From: Catajapyx aquilonaris
Taxonomy: Eukaryota
Direction: 5' to 3'
NCBI GenBank assembly: GCA_000934665.2
Contig: KZ538119.1
Location: forward strand, 1 to 64,000
DNA length: 64,000 nucleotides
A model generated the notes under the pieces. That model did no database searches. It was not told the DNA's origin and saw only the letters and a program-made list of their open reading frames with translations. Below, piece by piece: positions 61,801 through 64,000 of the stretch. The number at the start of each line of letters is the position of its first letter. Within the stretch, counting starts at the first letter, position 1. The position numbers were made by a program, and so were the translations under genes.

Positions 61801-64000
61801 CATCAATACTTCACATTCATTTGTGACAACCAAAGGTCTAAACAGTAAATATGACCAACCCAGTAAAACAAACCTGGAAGTACCCTATTAATCCTGAGCT
61901 ACAAGCTACGTTGTTTACCCCAGGCTCAATCGTGATGACCTTAAACGGGCAAGCACTCGTAATCATCTCTTATGATTGACTGTCTTGTTGCTGCAGGAAC
62001 ACTCTAATACGCGGTAAGCAGATGCACATAAGCAACATCAACTACAATAACATGTCGTTTTGTAGAAAAAATTGGATAGGCGGTGATAAAAACACGGGCA
62101 TGATGAGAGTCTCTACTTCCTTTACCAAACCTATGCTCCGACGTAATAATCTGAATGGAAAAAATTGCGCTTACATTGGCTTAATATTTTTATATCGATT
62201 ACTGCTGGTATATGTCTACAGCCCTGTCTACAGCATGTTTTACTTATGTCGTGTTTAGTATTTGGAAGCTATCAGTGGTGGAGAGAGTAAGGAAGAGTAT
62301 ATGGTGATAATTGCATTGTCACCAGATGCTACACTGCAACAGTAGTCACATTGATTTAAGAGAAGTGTGTTCGTGTACTTGGTCGGTCACTTTGTATTAT
62401 TCTTATAGGGGAACTGCTATAGGAAATTATTAAGAAACTAGGATTTATTAATTTTTTGCTCCACAAAATCCGCATTACTTGCTGTGATAACGTACGCTTT
62501 CACAGAGTGACACGGAAAAAAAAATCATGCGAATTATCGACTCCCTTACACCGGTCATGTATCGGTCAATACGACCTCCAGATTGACTCCGTGCCACCCT
62601 ACCGCAGAGTAACACCTCATGCTGTTGTGGAGAATACCGTACGGTATACACCAACCGTTGCGTCGGTACATCGTGTCAGTGTCGTGAACAAGTGTTCGTT
62701 GCAAGTTGCGTAGACTTATGCCATAATAATTCGTCAATATGTTAATAGGACTGCTTTGTGGACTTGTGGCGTGATCACCATGTTCTTTGTATCCTTTACA
62801 GTAAATGACAATGAGATGTGACGTCATAAATTATTTCAGAAAATCCAGAGAAGAGTTACGCAACCTGCATTAGGTAGTAAGTGTCGCAATAATTACTGCC
62901 GTGGGAAAAGTTACCGTCTAATGTTGCCCTTCACGTATTGCCCGTGCAAGTTTACTATACTATAACTCTTTTGCAAGTAAGCCTATACCTGCTGATTTGA
63001 TCTTTTAAATTGCAGATATTCAGGCGCACATGTGTAGATTCAAGGTTGGAGGAATTAGATCCCAAGAACGTAACATGATTCCGCGGTAACCAATTAAAGG
63101 TTTATAGGAGGAAATGAACTTGCCTAAGTCAAAGATATTACTACACCAATCAGCACGTGGTCTACGTGCAAGACTGTGCGTACGACGGGATAGAACAGTA
63201 TACTTATAGTTATACACGTTTGACAAACAAATAGGGTCAAAGTGATTTCAACAGTCATGTGTCAATAGATCTCTCTCGGGGTAGCTCTGTACCGCATTCT
63301 CACTAAAATAATGCGATGTCGACTATTCCATGCGGCCTTCGTCGCGATAAGTTGATAAGTACGGTATACAAATAACTATTGCTTTCACTAAATCACATAT
63401 AGGCTACTGGAACAGCTCACGAGTATCAGGAACAATCTAGTAATATTATAGTAGCCTACAGCCTGATGCGGATTGTAAATTTGATGGCCACAAAAGCTTG
63501 TGAAACGGGGTCATACAGTAGGCCTATACGCACTATTCGCTCTGATCCGGTAATCAGAGCAACTAAATATAGGGCTGTGATAATTACTTGAACTCATCCA
63601 GTACATAAGTTATGCAGTGAGGAGAGTTCTCGTGCCTATATTATCGAAATTCGTTGCAATATCTCATGCAAGCAGTGAAGTCATTAGGGTGGATCCGGGT
63701 GGATCCATCGAATCATGTGACTGAACATGCGTGGTAGATAGGAGAAGTTGGATAACTTCAATTTTTACCATAGGCTTCATTGGTAATACAAAAATCTGCA
63801 TAATGTAATAATGCCAAGGGGACGTGGCTATTAGCTTACAATGATCCAGGTGACGGGAATATCTCGAAGAGCTTTCCAACATAAATCAGATTTGTGTTGC
63901 ATAAGAAAATGACCAAACCGCCGCTTATTCCCGTAAAAGCGCCAAGGAATAATAATTGTTCTTTGGTTAAGGTGTGCAGTAAATGAAAGCCAGTGACAAC

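Overview
Eukaryotic, intron-rich genomic DNA from an invertebrate, most likely an arthropod; this is inferred from the protein families and from (CCTAA)n tracts. Most of the ORF track is spurious or represents single exons. Six spliced genes can be reconstructed by hand with consistent exon phases. In order: a divergent CLC-7-type Cl-/H+ antiporter paralog (987-9193, -), a canonical CLC-7 in tandem (11561-19376, -), a small 2-TM protein with two PPxY motifs (22810-25023, -), Vps18/deep orange (26988-36304, +), a BAG-domain co-chaperone resembling BAG3/starvin (37368-47407, -) with an HSE+TATA promoter, and a C2H2 zinc-finger protein (52633-58802, +). Both CLC genes keep a minor-spliceosome (U12-type) intron at the same position, yet each has one intron the other lacks. 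Introns are packed with non-autonomous DNA transposons (TA-, TTAA- and 8-bp-TSD types, several fully palindromic or nested) and two tRNA-derived SINE families. No prokaryote-type system (CRISPR, operon) is present. The best system-level candidates are the endolysosome/autophagy gene neighbourhood and the pore-diverged CLC-7 duplicate. All family names come from motif recognition, not database searches.
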